The notes under the pieces are model-generated. The model saw nothing but the letters and a program-made list of their open reading frames with translations, was not told the origin of the DNA and searched no databases. A program made the position numbers and the translations under genes. From the human T2T-CHM13v2.0 reference genome, Homo sapiens: 64,000 nt of DNA. Shown here in pieces: positions 1 through 17,459 of this stretch. Numbering within the stretch: the first letter of the stretch is position 1; each line of letters begins with the position of its first letter. The stretch is taken from assembly GCF_009914755.1 (NCBI RefSeq), contig NC_060933.1. One strand, written 5' to 3'.

Positions 1-563
1 CAATAATTCTTTAGGATCAAATTGGGGGAATTTCAAATTTCCCCAATTGTCTCAAAAACAAACAAAACCCACTAATAGCAGTGACAATTCCAGGGCCTGC
101 ACATTGCATTTGGTTGGTTGTTACGTTTCTCAAATTCCTTTTTATTCTAGTGTAGTCCATCCTCCCTCTCCTCCCTCATGCGCTTAACTTATTGAAAGGT
201 TAGTCGCACTGTGTAATATTCTAAATTGTAAATATTCTGCTTCTTCTTGGTGGTTTAACTTGTTCACTTGTCGCCTATTTTGTTTCAACTAGAAGTTAAC
301 CCAAGAGGCTTGATTGGATTTTGGGTCAGTCTTTTTGGGAAGAGTGTGTCCTAGGTGGTGCTGGGTACTTTGTATCACATGTCACATTAGGAGACACCCA
401 GTTGTTTTGCTCTGTGTCATGTGAAGATTTATTGATGGGTTCAGGTGGTGACTGTTTTATTCCTTCATTGTAAAGTTCCCCATCTACCTTTTACCTAATT
501 ATTTCATCTGTCAATGATCTTTGCCTGAATTGAGTATTTTATTGGTCCTAGCAAAATGGTGAC

Positions 564-871
564 TTTTCTCTCTTTCTTTTTTTCCTTTTTCAGAGACAGA
601 GTCTTGCTCTGTCACCTAGGCTCTAATGCAGTGGTGTGGTCATAGCTCACTGCAGCCTCAAACTTGTGGGCTCAAGCCATCCTCTGCCTCAGCCTCCTGA
701 GAATCTAGGACTACAGACATGTGCCACCATGCTTGGCTAATTTTTAAAAAATATTTGAAGAGACGTATCACTGTGTTGCCCAGGCTGGTCTTGGACTCCT
801 GGCCTCAAGCAGTTATCCTGCCTCAGCCTCCCCAGTAGCTGAGATTACAGGCATGAGCTGCCACGCCTGAC
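564..871 (-). mobile_element. AluJ SINE
   Basis: Reverse-complement dimeric Alu with T-rich tail at 564-590. J-type motifs (CATAGCTCACTGCAGCCTCAAAC, GGGCTCAAGC). Inserted in old L1ME-like sequence. Confidence 0.9.
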
Positions 872-1451
872 TCTTATAGCTGAAATTCTTAAGAAGAATT
901 TTTCCTCATCAGCTAGGGCTACTTGTACATACTTAATTCTTTCCTTTTAATTATCAATTTTCAGAGTAAGCAGGTGGTGCCCCACTTACCTTTAATGGTG
1001 ACTTGTGGGTGTGTAACTGCTTTGTTTTGTTTTTGGTGAGCAGTCTGTCTCCTCCATCATAATGAACTTGTGGATATTTATTATACGTCCTGTGTGTTTC
1101 AGTCAGTTATAGTCACCATTCTTTTTGATATACAAATTGTCCTGTCTTTGACCAGTTGGATCCCTTTTATGTTGGCTCCTGTATCCTTTTAATGTGATCC
1201 CACTCATTTTTGATCACTTCCCTGCTTTTTGGCCCAACAAGATCCCCAGGGTTATGTTGTATATTTTCTGCTGCAGACCTGGAATTAGGGATTCCTTCAG
1301 GGGGTTTCTTTTAGTGGGGAATAATATTTAGAAACCATAATCTGGGTGAAGACTGCTTAGTATTACTGGGTTGCCATTGCTTTTAGGCCTTTGCCATGGA
1401 CAGAGCTAGTAAACAGTTATTTTTTAAAAGGAAAATGTCATGAGTTCATAG

Positions 1452-1920
1452 TTAGGGTAGATGATATTATTTCTCCATAATTCTTCCTTCTCAACTTACT
1501 CCTTGTCATACCTTCACTGTGGGTGGTGTATATCTCCCCACCCTATTGACTTTGGGCTTGGCCCTGTGACTTGGTTTTGCCCATGGAATGTGGGCAGCAT
1601 GGCAGTGTGCAGATCTGAGCTGAGCTGCTGAGAGGCGTGGCAAGCTTTGGCCAGCTGTCTTGGAACTTTCCTTTTCCATGATGTATCGGTAACTGTTGCT
1701 TGTTTATCTTCAGTCCCCAAATGAGGACATTACAGTTGACCTGAACTGACCCGAAGTCTAGATTCCACACTGAGACAAGCCAAAGCCAACCTGGCAGAGC
1801 TGAGCTGAGCTGCATCATCTACAGACCTATGAGCATGAAATAAATGTTGCTGTTGTAAGCATCTGAGATTTGAGGATTGCTCGTTATACTACATTATCTT
1901 GTAAAAATTTGACTAATATA
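1452..1920 (+). mobile_element. MLT1 (ERVL-MaLR) solo LTR, MLT1I/J-like
   Basis: CCCTATTGACTTTGGGCTTGGCCCTGTGACTTGGTTTTGCCCATGGAATGTGGGC core and AATAAATG...TAAGCATCTGAGATTTG...GACTAATATA 3' end match MLT1 LTR consensus features. Confidence 0.8.
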
Positions 1921-3239
1921 ATACTGATCTTTCCAATTCAAATATAACATTATAGAGTTGTTACTTAATTCCCTTGATATTTATATATTTTATTTTACAG
2001 TGACAATTTTGGTTCCTAGCAACATTACTTACTTTATATTATCCCGTCATATATATGTAAAATAATTTAAAAATAATAATACGAATATTACTACTAAGCA
2101 GTAGACTACTGGTCAAATTTTAACATTTTCTTGCAGTTAGTTCTTTTACTTCTTGTCTTCTCTCTTTCCTACTACTTACATACCCAAGTGGGCCTCTCCC
2201 CTGGACTTTTCCCTTAAAGGTCTTTGGAAGCACCAGGACAGAAAAGGAGGGTTATGCTAATTTGGTTCTAGAGGGTCTGCATACTGAGATACCCTGTTGT
2301 AATCCCAGTACCTGGAACACAGTACATAATAAATATTTGTTGAATGAGTGGAGTGTGAATGGATGCCTGAAAGGGGAAGCGCCATAGCAGAACATTATCT
2401 GGCTGTGTTTAGGCACACTGCCAAGCGAGGGCGTGTGCCAACCAAAGGAGCGATATTACCAGGGTGTCTTGTTTTGTGGTGTAACCACTTCCCGCAAAGC
2501 AAGGGTATTTCCTGGTGAGCTCAGCCTTTTGAAGATTCACATTTCCAAATGCAGTTGATAACTGAGGGTGGAGCTGTGGCTTTTCATGACTTCTGCTGGT
2601 TTCTGCAAGGGGGACCACAAAGAACATAATTTCAGGGCTTAGAGGAAGCCAGGCAGACGGTGAGTTAAGGATTGGCAGAGAGTAAGGAAAATGGAAGTTA
2701 CAAATATGGAACCATAACTGCCCTGTCCCCTGGTGACTCTAACGAGTGACCAAGTTTATCAAAAATTGGTGTATTAATGCAGATATAGCTTTGTAGCATA
2801 ATATCTCACAGCTGTGTTGAACTTACAAGTTGTGGCCTAGAACCCCATTGCCACTGTGGTGGATTGGGTTGCAGGGTAGATTCCTGGGTGGATTCCTGGC
2901 TGCCAGGGCTCGGGGCAAGGGCTGCATTGTAAAGGAGGTCTGTCTGAAGGTCCTGGTGGTAGCAGCCTTCTAAAAGGGTATGTTTTCAAGGTGGTGTTTT
3001 GTCTCTACCAGAGCTCCTTACCACATCTGTCTGTCAGTATGTCCAGTTCCCAGCCTATGGAGTTGAAGGCGCAGCAGTGTCTCAGAGGCTGGTCTAAATG
3101 TCAGAACTGTTTTTGTCATTAGTTTTAGCATGGAGCAGCATCAAGGGGAAACTGCTGTTCTTAGAATGTGCTGAAAATGGGCACAGCCTGTGCTTTATTC
3201 AGCCCAGGGTTCTGTCAGAGCTGAGCTGCTGGGTCTGTT

Positions 3240-3480
3240 AAAGCCACACAGCTTGAAGAGCATGAACTTTGATCTGATGAAGCTGAGGTTGAGTCACAGC
3301 CTCACCCCTCTAGCTTGGAGACTTAGGACAAGTCATGTATTTTCTTTATGCCTTGATTTTCTCATGTGTAAAGTTGGCGGGGGGTGGAAGTCATAGCTTT
3401 TACCTTACAGTGGGCATGTAAGAACTTAGCGCGGTGCCTGTACAAAGCAAGCTCCTAGTCATGCGTGGCTATCATTTCAC
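3240..3480 (+). mobile_element. MIR SINE fragment
   Basis: MIR core (CTTAGGACAAGTCA...TTTCTCATGTGTAAAGT...GTAAAGAACTTAGCGCGGTGCCTG). Confidence 0.65.
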
Positions 3481-4224
3481 CAATGTATAGTTTGAATAGG
3501 CACTGTGGGTTATAGATGGGAGGTTGTTGCTCAGAATATTCAGATGATGCCTGTGCCGGAGCCAGTGTCCCAGAGGAGGTGATACCTGTGTAGCAGAGTG
3601 TTTAAGAGCATGGTACCTGGGATCCTTCAGAGCTCGGTTCACATCCTGGTGCCCTGGATAGCTGGGAGGCTGAGGTCTGGACCAAGACATACACCATGGT
3701 GCCCTAGGAGCCCTGCAAACATCATATGGGGAACTCACTCAATCTTGGGGTTGTGACATTATCACTAGGCCTTGAAGGCTGAAAGAGATCATCTCTTATT
3801 GGTGATTTGGGGAGTTGGGGGGCAGTTGGAAAGGGAATTTCAGGCAGAATGAATAACCCTTTGGAAAGACAGGTGATGTGCTCAGCAAAATTTAATACTA
3901 CTTTTGGTGCCTGGTGCTCTTGAGAGAAGAAAAGGAGAACCTGCTCTTCCCTCAGTTCTGTGCTCTGCCAGAGCATCATTGCCAGGGATACTGGTACATG
4001 CCAAAGGCTTACCAGAAGTCAGTGTTTCATTCCCTTGCCGACTGGCAGCTGGGGCATGGTGTACGGTGGGCCTCAGTGTGATAGAAACGAACTGCAGTGG
4101 GTACCAATTTCAGTGAGGTGGAAAGCTTTCCTAAGTGCTCGTGTTTTTTCCAGTCTTCTCACTGCCCCTGCCAACATTGTTCCATCCCCACTGTCAGATT
4201 TCCCAGTAGTCAGCTCTGCCTTCA

Positions 4225-5200
<976 letters not shown>

Positions 5201-5458
5201 CCTGATGTTATACTGGTTGTGAGGCTGCTGCAAGGGCCAAGATGAGAGGAAGCAGGCTGTAGTTGTGTCTGGAGAAAAGTGGGCTGCCCACTTAGGGAGC
5301 AGCAGGAAGAACAAGGGGCAAGGAAGGATGCACAGAAAGTGGCCCTAGAGGTAGGAGGAGGCCTAGTTAAGTCAAGCAGGGTGATCAGCAATGTTGCCTT
5401 TAGGGAGGGAGGCCAGAAGGGCCAGAGACAGCCGATGGCCTGAAAAAAGGCTGAAGGA

Positions 5459-5537
5459 CTCAGGAGGCCAAGGTGGGAGGACCACTTGAGCCTAGGAGTT
5501 TGAGGCCAGCCTGGGCAACATAGCAAGACCCCACCTT
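5459..5537 (+). mobile_element. 5'-truncated Alu left monomer (FLAM/AluJ)
   Basis: GGAGGCCAAGGTGGGAGGACCACTTGAGCCTAGGAGTTTGAGGCCAGCCTGGGCAACATAGCAAGACCCC. Confidence 0.8.
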
Positions 5538-5579
5538 ATCATCATCATCATCAGCATCATCATCATCATCATCATCATC
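5538..5579. repeat. (ATC)n microsatellite in place of the Alu tail
   Basis: Direct reading: about 14 ATC units with one interruption. Confidence 0.9.
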
Positions 5580-8079
5580 GCTGAAGGACCAAAAGTCAAG
5601 AAGAGAGCAAAGCACAGATTTGGTTAGGGGAAGGGGAGGGAAGCCAGGAAATAATGGAGGGAGGAGGATTTCAGAGTTCAGGGTCTTTGAGGTGGGGTGG
5701 CTCTGGTGACTGTGCTTGAAGGTGTGATGGCAGTGCCTTTGTGAAGCACAGAAGAGGTTGAGGCATGGGGGCACCCAGAAGTGAGAAGTTTAGTGAAGTG
5801 TGTAGAGATGACAACAGGAGAATGGGAGGAGGGGAAGACTCAAGCCAGAGCTACAGGTAAGGGAGCATCATGGTGGGAGAGCATACAGCAGCGTGGAGGG
5901 GAAGTAGAGGTGTTAGGACCCGGCTTGGGCCTCCCTGAAGACAAGCTGTGGGCCTGGACTGTGGGCCTTGGAGGTGAGGAACCAGAACATCCCCAGTATC
6001 TATTCCTGGGTTTGAGGCACGGACCAGGTGCTCAGTGTTAGTGGAAGGCAGGCCAGGGGTGGTCTGGGTGGGCCTGCTGGTCCTCTCCCTCTAGTCCTCA
6101 TTGTCTGTGGCCCTGGAGGGAACCTGCTAAGTTCCTCCTAAGTGTGTTTTAAGGAAAAGGCAGTTCTGGTTAGAATGAGGAGGTGGGAGCAGCATTAACA
6201 GAAATGTTTTGGGACAAAGGAGGCATTCTGCAGATAAAATACATATTCCTGTGGGACACTTACTCTAGAGGGATTCGATTTCACCCTTCCTGCATCAGGC
6301 TGGAGCTCGAGACCTTGAGCTTGACTTGACCAGCATCTGTTGGGTCCTTTTCTGGTTTGCAGAAAGGCTGGCCTGCCAGAATGGAAGACTCCCTGCAGAA
6401 GTCCACAGTTTCCTCCAGGCCACATGACACGTTGCAGTTCAGGAAAACACTGCCTGTGGGTCCAGGAACCTGACCCTCTGGCCTTTTGTCTGGATGCCGT
6501 TTGCCTGCTCTGAAGAAGCGGGCGTTCCAGAAAGCCGAGGTCAATGTTGGACGTCGGACAAACCCTGTGTGTCTTTGCTGCTCCTTGGAATCAGTGTTTG
6601 GCCCTCGGAGAGGGAAGAATGTGGCCAGCAGGCAGTCATTTGTAAAGTGGAGATTGGTTTCCCTGACATCATTAAAACCCCTCTCTCAGGTCACATGCTG
6701 GGCAGTTTTCTCAGACCATCTCTCTCTGCTACACCAACCTAGTCTAATCCACTGCCATCCCTCCCCTGAATGATGGCAGCAGCCTTTTCATGTCTCCTCA
6801 CATTGAGTTCCATCCCCCAGCCTCCTCTTTGGAACCAGAGACATCTTTCTAAAGCCAAAGTCTGACCATGTCCCTGCCCTGCTTAGCGCCCTCTGTGGCT
6901 ACCCACTGCTCCTAGGATGCAGATCCGCCTTCATGCAGCCTCCCAGGCTCTGTGAAATAGGCCAGCAGCAGACCTCCCGACTCTCTCCTGCTCCAGTTCA
7001 CCACTTTGTGTGCACACCACAGCCTCCCTGGTGTTCACTCCTGTCTCAGCACCTCCGCACAGGTTGTGCCCTCTGCCGGGAATGCTCTGCTCTGCCTCCG
7101 GGAGATGATGAGCAGTCAGAGCTCCGAGGTAGTGCTCCTCCTTCTCATGCTCCCTCTCATAGCCGCCTCATACTTCTTACGTATGGCACTTTGCACCCTC
7201 ATACTGAAATATTACGACTTTTAAAAGTCTGAATTATGAGTTCAAAGTCTGTTTCCCTCCTGGTTTGTGAACTCCAGGAATGCAGAGATCATGCCACTAC
7301 TCTTCATCCCTGACTCCTGTGATCTAATGCAGTGCCTGATGTTGTTTGTTTTTTGTCGAATACATTTAGGATGTAGCAGTAGTAATAATACTAAAATCCC
7401 TTGAATCCTTTCCACTTCTATGCTATCTGCCTCTCTTTGTTCAAAAAACTGGATTAGGTGGTAGGGGCAGTCTTGGTGTCCACAAGTTGGGGCCAAGGCA
7501 TAGAAAGGAGGGCTCCCAGCATAAGACTCATTAGAGCTATCGTTACTTAGCACCCAAAGGCTAAACAGCTGTCTAATTTGTTACCGCTCTGAGTTCACAT
7601 TTGTTATTTGCACATTTTCTAGAAATTGGTCTGTTTTAACAGTTTCTTGTCACAGTGGAAACAGAGTAGAAAAGGAATTCCCCAACTCCATTTATTTCAT
7701 GGTGGAGATAAGAGTAGGGGCTGGAGTTCCTCTCTGAGCCGCAGGATAAGACCTGCCTGAAGGGTGGGGAGAGGCTACTGGGGCAGGAGTCTGAACTGGC
7801 TGCACACACAGGCCAGCAGCACATTTGATCCAACACTTTGCAACTTCGAGACTCATTTTTTTTTTCCTTCTTGAGCATGGATATGACATTAGTGTTGGTT
7901 AGAAACCAAATTTCCTTTTAAGTGAATAAATAACACAAAACAGAGCCTTTGGTGAACAGCTGTTTTCATCCATAGGGACTTGGTGCCTGGTTGGGATTTT
8001 TGTCTGCAAGGAAAAGAGGGTTTGTTTGAACTCTTGTCATAGGAACAACTACATGATCCCAGGAAGTTTGGGGTAGTGA

Positions 8080-8720
8080 GAGGATCATAAGTTTTGGAGG
8101 CAGGAAGGTCTGCATTTGAAACTTGGCTCTGCTACTCTGTAGCTGTGTGATCATAGGCAAGTTCCCTCATCTTTCTGTGTCTCTGTTTTCTTCTCTGTAA
8201 AGTGGAAATGATACCCATCTCATAGTGTTATGATGGTTAAGAAGATTGTGGAAGAGGGGGCCTAGAATGGACCTCGCACATGGCAGAAACTCACAAATTG
8301 TTTCTTAATTTTTGAGAGAAGTCTGGGAAGTAATAAGGAGAAAAGCAATAGGCAGCGCTGATAAGTCAAGCTGAGAAGGGCTCTGGGCTCAGCAGTATGT
8401 AAAGCTTCCCAAGGGTAGGACCTCATCTGTCATTGCTATATCCCTCATGGCAAGCAGTGAGTAAGCAGTGTCTGGTACATGACAGGATCAATACTTGTCA
8501 ATACTTGTTTGATGAATGACAGGTGTGTAGAAAAGCATTTCCACCTGTATGGCTTAAAGCTTAAGAGCTTGGGCTCTGGAGAGAGAAGGACCTGGATTTT
8601 TATCTCTGTGACCATGGTCAAGTCACTTAGCCTCTCTGAGTCTCAGTTTCTGTATCAGTAAAATGGAAATTATAATATGACTACCTCAAAAGAATTGGAC
8701 ATGAGGACAGCATGAGATTA
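8080..8720 (+). mobile_element. MIR (8080-8310), L2 (8400-8520) and MIR (8560-8720) fragments
   Basis: MIR cores (GGCAAGTT...CTCTGTTTTCTTCTCTGTAAAGTGG; GGTCAAGTCACTTAGCCTCTCTGAGTCTCAGTTTC) and an L2 3' end (TTGTTTGATGAATGA). Confidence 0.7.
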
Positions 8721-10004
8721 TTTTCAGCGTTATTGAGGTATAATTTACATATGTAAACTATGCATACTAAAGTCAACAATTTGATATGTATGTATCTGTA
8801 AAACCATCACCATCTCAATATAATGAACATACCCATCACCCCAAAAATTTTTTAATACCTCTTTGCAATCCTTTCCTCCTCTTCCACTCCTTCCACTGTT
8901 CTTGAAATTAGGTAGTGTACGTCCTTAAAGTTTGTTATTCTGTTTCAAAATTGTTCTGACTATTCTAATCCTTGGCATTTCAATATGCATTTTAGGATCA
9001 ACTTGTTAAGTTTTACCAAAGAAGTCTGCTGGGATTTTGACTGTGATTGTGTTGAATCTGTAGATCCATTTGGGGAGAATTGACATTTTAATGATATTGC
9101 ATCACCTGAACTATGAAACACAATGTAACTCCATGTATTAAGGACTCATAACACAGTATATCACCTCATGTATGTAGGTCTTCTCTAATTTATTTTAGTA
9201 ATGTTGTGTAGTTTGCATTGTATAGGCCTTATACATCTTTTGCCAAATATATGTAGGGTTTTCTACACAGATAATGATGCCTCTGTGAATAATGACAGTC
9301 TTGTTTCTTTCTGAACTGGATGCTATTGTTTCTTTTTCTTGCCTTGTTGCATGGGCTACAGCCTCTAGTACAATGTTGGGTAGAAGTGGTGAGTGCAGAT
9401 ATTCTTGGCGTGGTCCTGATCTTAGAAGAAAAGTGGCCTTTACTCATTAAGGATGATGTTTGCTGTTAGCAGTAGGTTTTTTCATAGAGGTCTTTTTATC
9501 AGGTTGAGGAAATTTCCTTGTATTCCTAATTTACTAAGAGTTTAATCTGGAATGGGTATTTGAGTTTTATCAAATGCTTTTCCTGCATCTATTGACATAA
9601 TCATATGGTTTTTCTTTTTCAGTCTGTTACTTTAGAGAATTACATTGATCGATTTTTGACTATTAAACCAACCTTGTATTGCTGTGGTAAACCCCACTTG
9701 GTTATGATGAATTAATTATCTTTTTTGTATATTGTTGGATTTGATTTGTTAAAATTGTGTTTAGAATTTCTGCATCTGTGTTTGTAATGGGGAATATTGA
9801 TCCATATTTTTCTTTTCCTGTAAAGTTTTTGTCTGGTTTTGGTATCAGCATAATGCTGCCCTCACAAAATGAGTTGAGAAGTATTCCTTCCTTTTCAATT
9901 TTCAAGAAGAGTTTGTATAGAATTAGTGTGAGTCTTTCTTAAATATTTGGTAGATATCACCAGTAGAGCCACCTAGGTCTGGAGTTTTCTCTGTGGAAAG
10001 TTTT
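8720..10004 (-). mobile_element. Old L1M element, 3' piece plus ORF2 region (outer layer of the L1 nest, continuing after 16333)
   Basis: Minus-strand ORF 9702..9905 (KIEKEGILLNSFCEGSIMLIPKPDK...DAEILN) is L1 ORF2-like. It resumes after the duplicated TGTGGAAAG(C/T)TTT. Confidence 0.85.
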
Positions 10005-10541
10005 TTTTTTTTTTCTTTTAAATAGAGTTTATTTTTAAGAACAGTTTTAGAGTAAAAAGCTTCCACTGTAGCTCTGGTCTACAGCTCTCAGCGTGAGTGA
10101 TGCAGAAGATGGGTGATTTCTGCATTTCCAACTGAGCTTTGAAGAGAGTAGTGGTTCTCCCAGCACGCAGCTTGAGATCTGAGAACGGGCAGACTGGTTC
10201 CTCAAGTGGGTCCCTGACCCCAGAGTAGCCTAACTGGGAGGCACCCCCAGTAGAGGCGGACTGACACCTCACACGACCGGGCACTCCTCTGAGACAAAAC
10301 TTCCAGAGGAACGATCAGGCAGCAGCATTTGCGGTTCACCAGTATCTGCTGTTCTGCAGCCACCGCTGCTGAAACCCAGGCAAACAGGGTCTGGAGTGGA
10401 CCTCTAGCAAACTCCGACAGACCTGCAGCTGAGGGTCCTGTCTGTTAGAAGGAAAACTAACAAAACAGGAAGAACATCCACACCAAAAACCCATCTGTAC
10501 GTCACCATCATCAAAGACCAAAGGTAGATAAAACCACAAAG

Positions 10542-11558
10542 ATGGGAAAAAAAACAGAGCAGAAAAACTGGAAACTCTAAAAATCAGAGCACCTCTCCTT
10601 CTCCAAAGGAACACAGCTCCTCACCAGCAACAGAACAAAGCTGGATGGAGAATGACTTTGAGAGTTGAGAGAAGAAGGCTTCAGATGATCAAACTACCCC
10701 GAGCTACAGGAGGAAATTTGAACCAATGGCAAAGAAGTTAAAAGCTTTGAAAAAAAATTAGTTGAATGGATAACTAGAATAACCAATGCAGAGAAGTCCT
10801 TAAAGGACCTGATGGAGCTGAAAACCAAGGCACGAGAGCTACGTGATGAATGCAGAAGCCTCAGTAGCCGATGCGATCAACTGGAAGAAAGGGTATCAGT
10901 GATGGAAGATGAAATGAATGAAATGAAGCAAGAAGAGAAGTTTAGAGAAAAAAGAGTAAAAAGAAATGAACAAAGCCTCCAAGAAATATGGGACTATGTG
11001 AAAAGACCAAATCTACGTCTGATTGGTGTACCTGAAAGTGACGGGGAGAATGGAACCAAGTTGGAAAACACTCTGCAGGATATTATCCAGGAGAACATCC
11101 CCAATCTAGCAAGACAGGCCAACATTCAAATTCAGGAAATACAGAGAATGCCACAAAGATACTCCTCGAGAAGAGCAACTCCAAGACACATAATTGTCAG
11201 ATTCACCAAAGTTGAAATGAAGGAAAAAATGTTAAGGGCAGCCAGAGAGAAAGGTCAGGTTACCCACAAAGGGAAGCCCATCAGACTAACAGCTGATCTC
11301 TTGGCAGAAACTCTACAAGCCAGAAGAGAGTGGGGACCAATATTCAACATTCTTAAAGAAAAGAATTTTCAACCCAGAATTTCATATCCAGCCAAACTAA
11401 GCTTCATAAGTGAAGGAGAAATAAAACACTTTACAGACAAGCAAATACTGAGAGATTTTGTCACCACCAGGCCTGCCCTACAAGAGCTCCTGAAGGAAGC
11501 ACTAAACATGGAAAGGAACAACAAGTACCACCCACTGCAAAAACATGCCAAATTGTAA
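10542..11558 (+). pseudogene. L1 ORF1p (RNA-binding chaperone), disrupted in its N-terminal part
   Basis: The ATG at 10542 is followed by an extra A, a compensating deletion near 10660 and TGA stops. The 248 aa ORF 10812..11558 carries LQEIWDYVKRPNLRLIGVPE, RAAREKG and YPAKLSF. Confidence 0.93.
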
Positions 11559-11621
11559 AGACCATCAAGGCTAGGAAGAAACTGCATCAACTAATGAGCA
11601 AAATAACCAGCTAACATCATA

Positions 11622-15432
<3,811 letters not shown>

Positions 15433-16961
15433 ACAATGAGAACATGTGGACACAGGAAGGGGAACATCACACACTGGGGACTGTTGTTGGGTGGGGGGAG
15501 GGGGGAGGGATAGCATTAGGAGATATACCTAATGCTAAATGACGAGTTAATGGGTGCAGCACACCAACATGGCACATGTATACATATGTAACAAACCTGC
15601 ACGTTGTGCACATGTACCCTAAAACTTAAAGTATAATAATAATAATAATAATAAGTTTCAGATTTCTAGCAAAATTGAACAGAAAGTATAGAGTGTACAT
15701 TCTGTATCTCCTGACCCCGTACATGCACAGCCTCCCCCACTATCAGCGTCCTCCCCCAGAGTGGATTTGTTAAAATTGAAGACCCTACACTGATACAGCA
15801 TCATCACCCAAAGTCCATAGTTTTCATTAGAGTTAATTCGTGGTGTTGTGCATTCTATCAGTTTGACAAATATGTAATCACATGCATCTGCCATTATAGT
15901 GTCATACAGAATAGTTTTACTATTCTAAAATCCTCTGTGCCCCACCTATTCATCTCTTCTTCTCTCTTAACCCCTGGCACCACTGGTCTTTTCACTATCT
16001 TCATAGTTTTACCTTTTCCAGAATGTCTTATAGTTAGAATCATATAGTATGTAGCCTTTTCAGATTGGCTTCTTTGATTTAGTAATAAGCATTTATGTTT
16101 TCTTCATGTCTTTTCATGGCTTGATAGCTCATTTCTTTTTAGTGCTGAATAATAATTTATTGTTTGCATATACCAAAGTTTATCCATTCACCTACTGAGG
16201 GATATCTTGATTGCTTCAAAGTTTCGGCAATTATGAATAAAGCTTCTGTAAAGATTCATATGCAGATTTCTGTGTGAACACAAGTTTTCAACCCATTTGG
16301 GTAAATACCAATGAGAGTGATTGCTAGATCATTGTGGAAAGCTTTTAAACCACAAATTTAGTTTCTCTAACTATTCAGTTTATCTGTTTCTTTTTTAGTG
16401 AGTTTTGGTTGTGTTTTTCATTGAGCCTGTGCATTTTATCTGAGTTGTTAAATTTATTCCCATGAAGTTGTTCATAATATTCCCTTTTTATTCTTTTAAT
16501 ATCTATAGGATCTGTCATGATGTCCCCTGCTCTCATTCCTCATATTGGTAATTTGTATCTCTTTGCTTTTTTTCCCCTGGTCAGTCCAGCTAAAATTTAC
16601 TAATTTTATTGATCTCAAGGAGAGCTTTTGGTTTCATTATTTTTTCTATGGCTTTTCTGTTTTCTGATCCATTGATTTCAGTTCATATTCTTTCTTCTGC
16701 TTACTTTGGGTTTAATTTGCTCTTCTTTTATAGTTTCTTAAGTAGAAGCTGAAGTCAATGATTTGAGCGCTTTCTTCATTGCTAATGCAGGCATCTAATG
16801 CTATAAATTTTCTTCTAAGTGCTGCTCTAGCTTTGCTCCCACGCGTTTTGATATTTTGGGCCTTCATTTCCATTAAATTCAAATGCTTTCTAATTTTCCT
16901 TTTGATTTCTTTTTGACCCATGAACTATTAAAGATGTGTTATTCAGTTTCCAAATATTTGA

Positions 16962-17378
<417 letters not shown>

Positions 17379-17459
17379 TAAATTTATTGAGACTAGTGGC
17401 TAAGAATATGGTCAATCTTGGTAAATGTTTGGTATGAACTTGAGAAAAAAGTAAGTTCA

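Larger units (their letters stand above)
80..2150 (-). mobile_element. Ancient L1ME/L1MC-like 3' fragments, interrupted by an Alu and an MLT1
   Basis: Degenerate motifs typical of old L1M 3' ends (CACATTGCATTTGGTTG, CAGACCTGGAAT, CATGAGTTCATA...CTGAT...TTCCAATTCAAAT). Recalled consensus only. Confidence 0.55.

Noticed and set aside
5460-5774. ORF with a poly-Asp run (also the poly-Ser/Pro ORF at 39455 and the poly-CV ORF at 57463)
   Set aside because: Microsatellite translation artefacts.
15488-15510. G-quadruplex-forming tract
   Set aside because: A standard feature of the L1PA 3'UTR.
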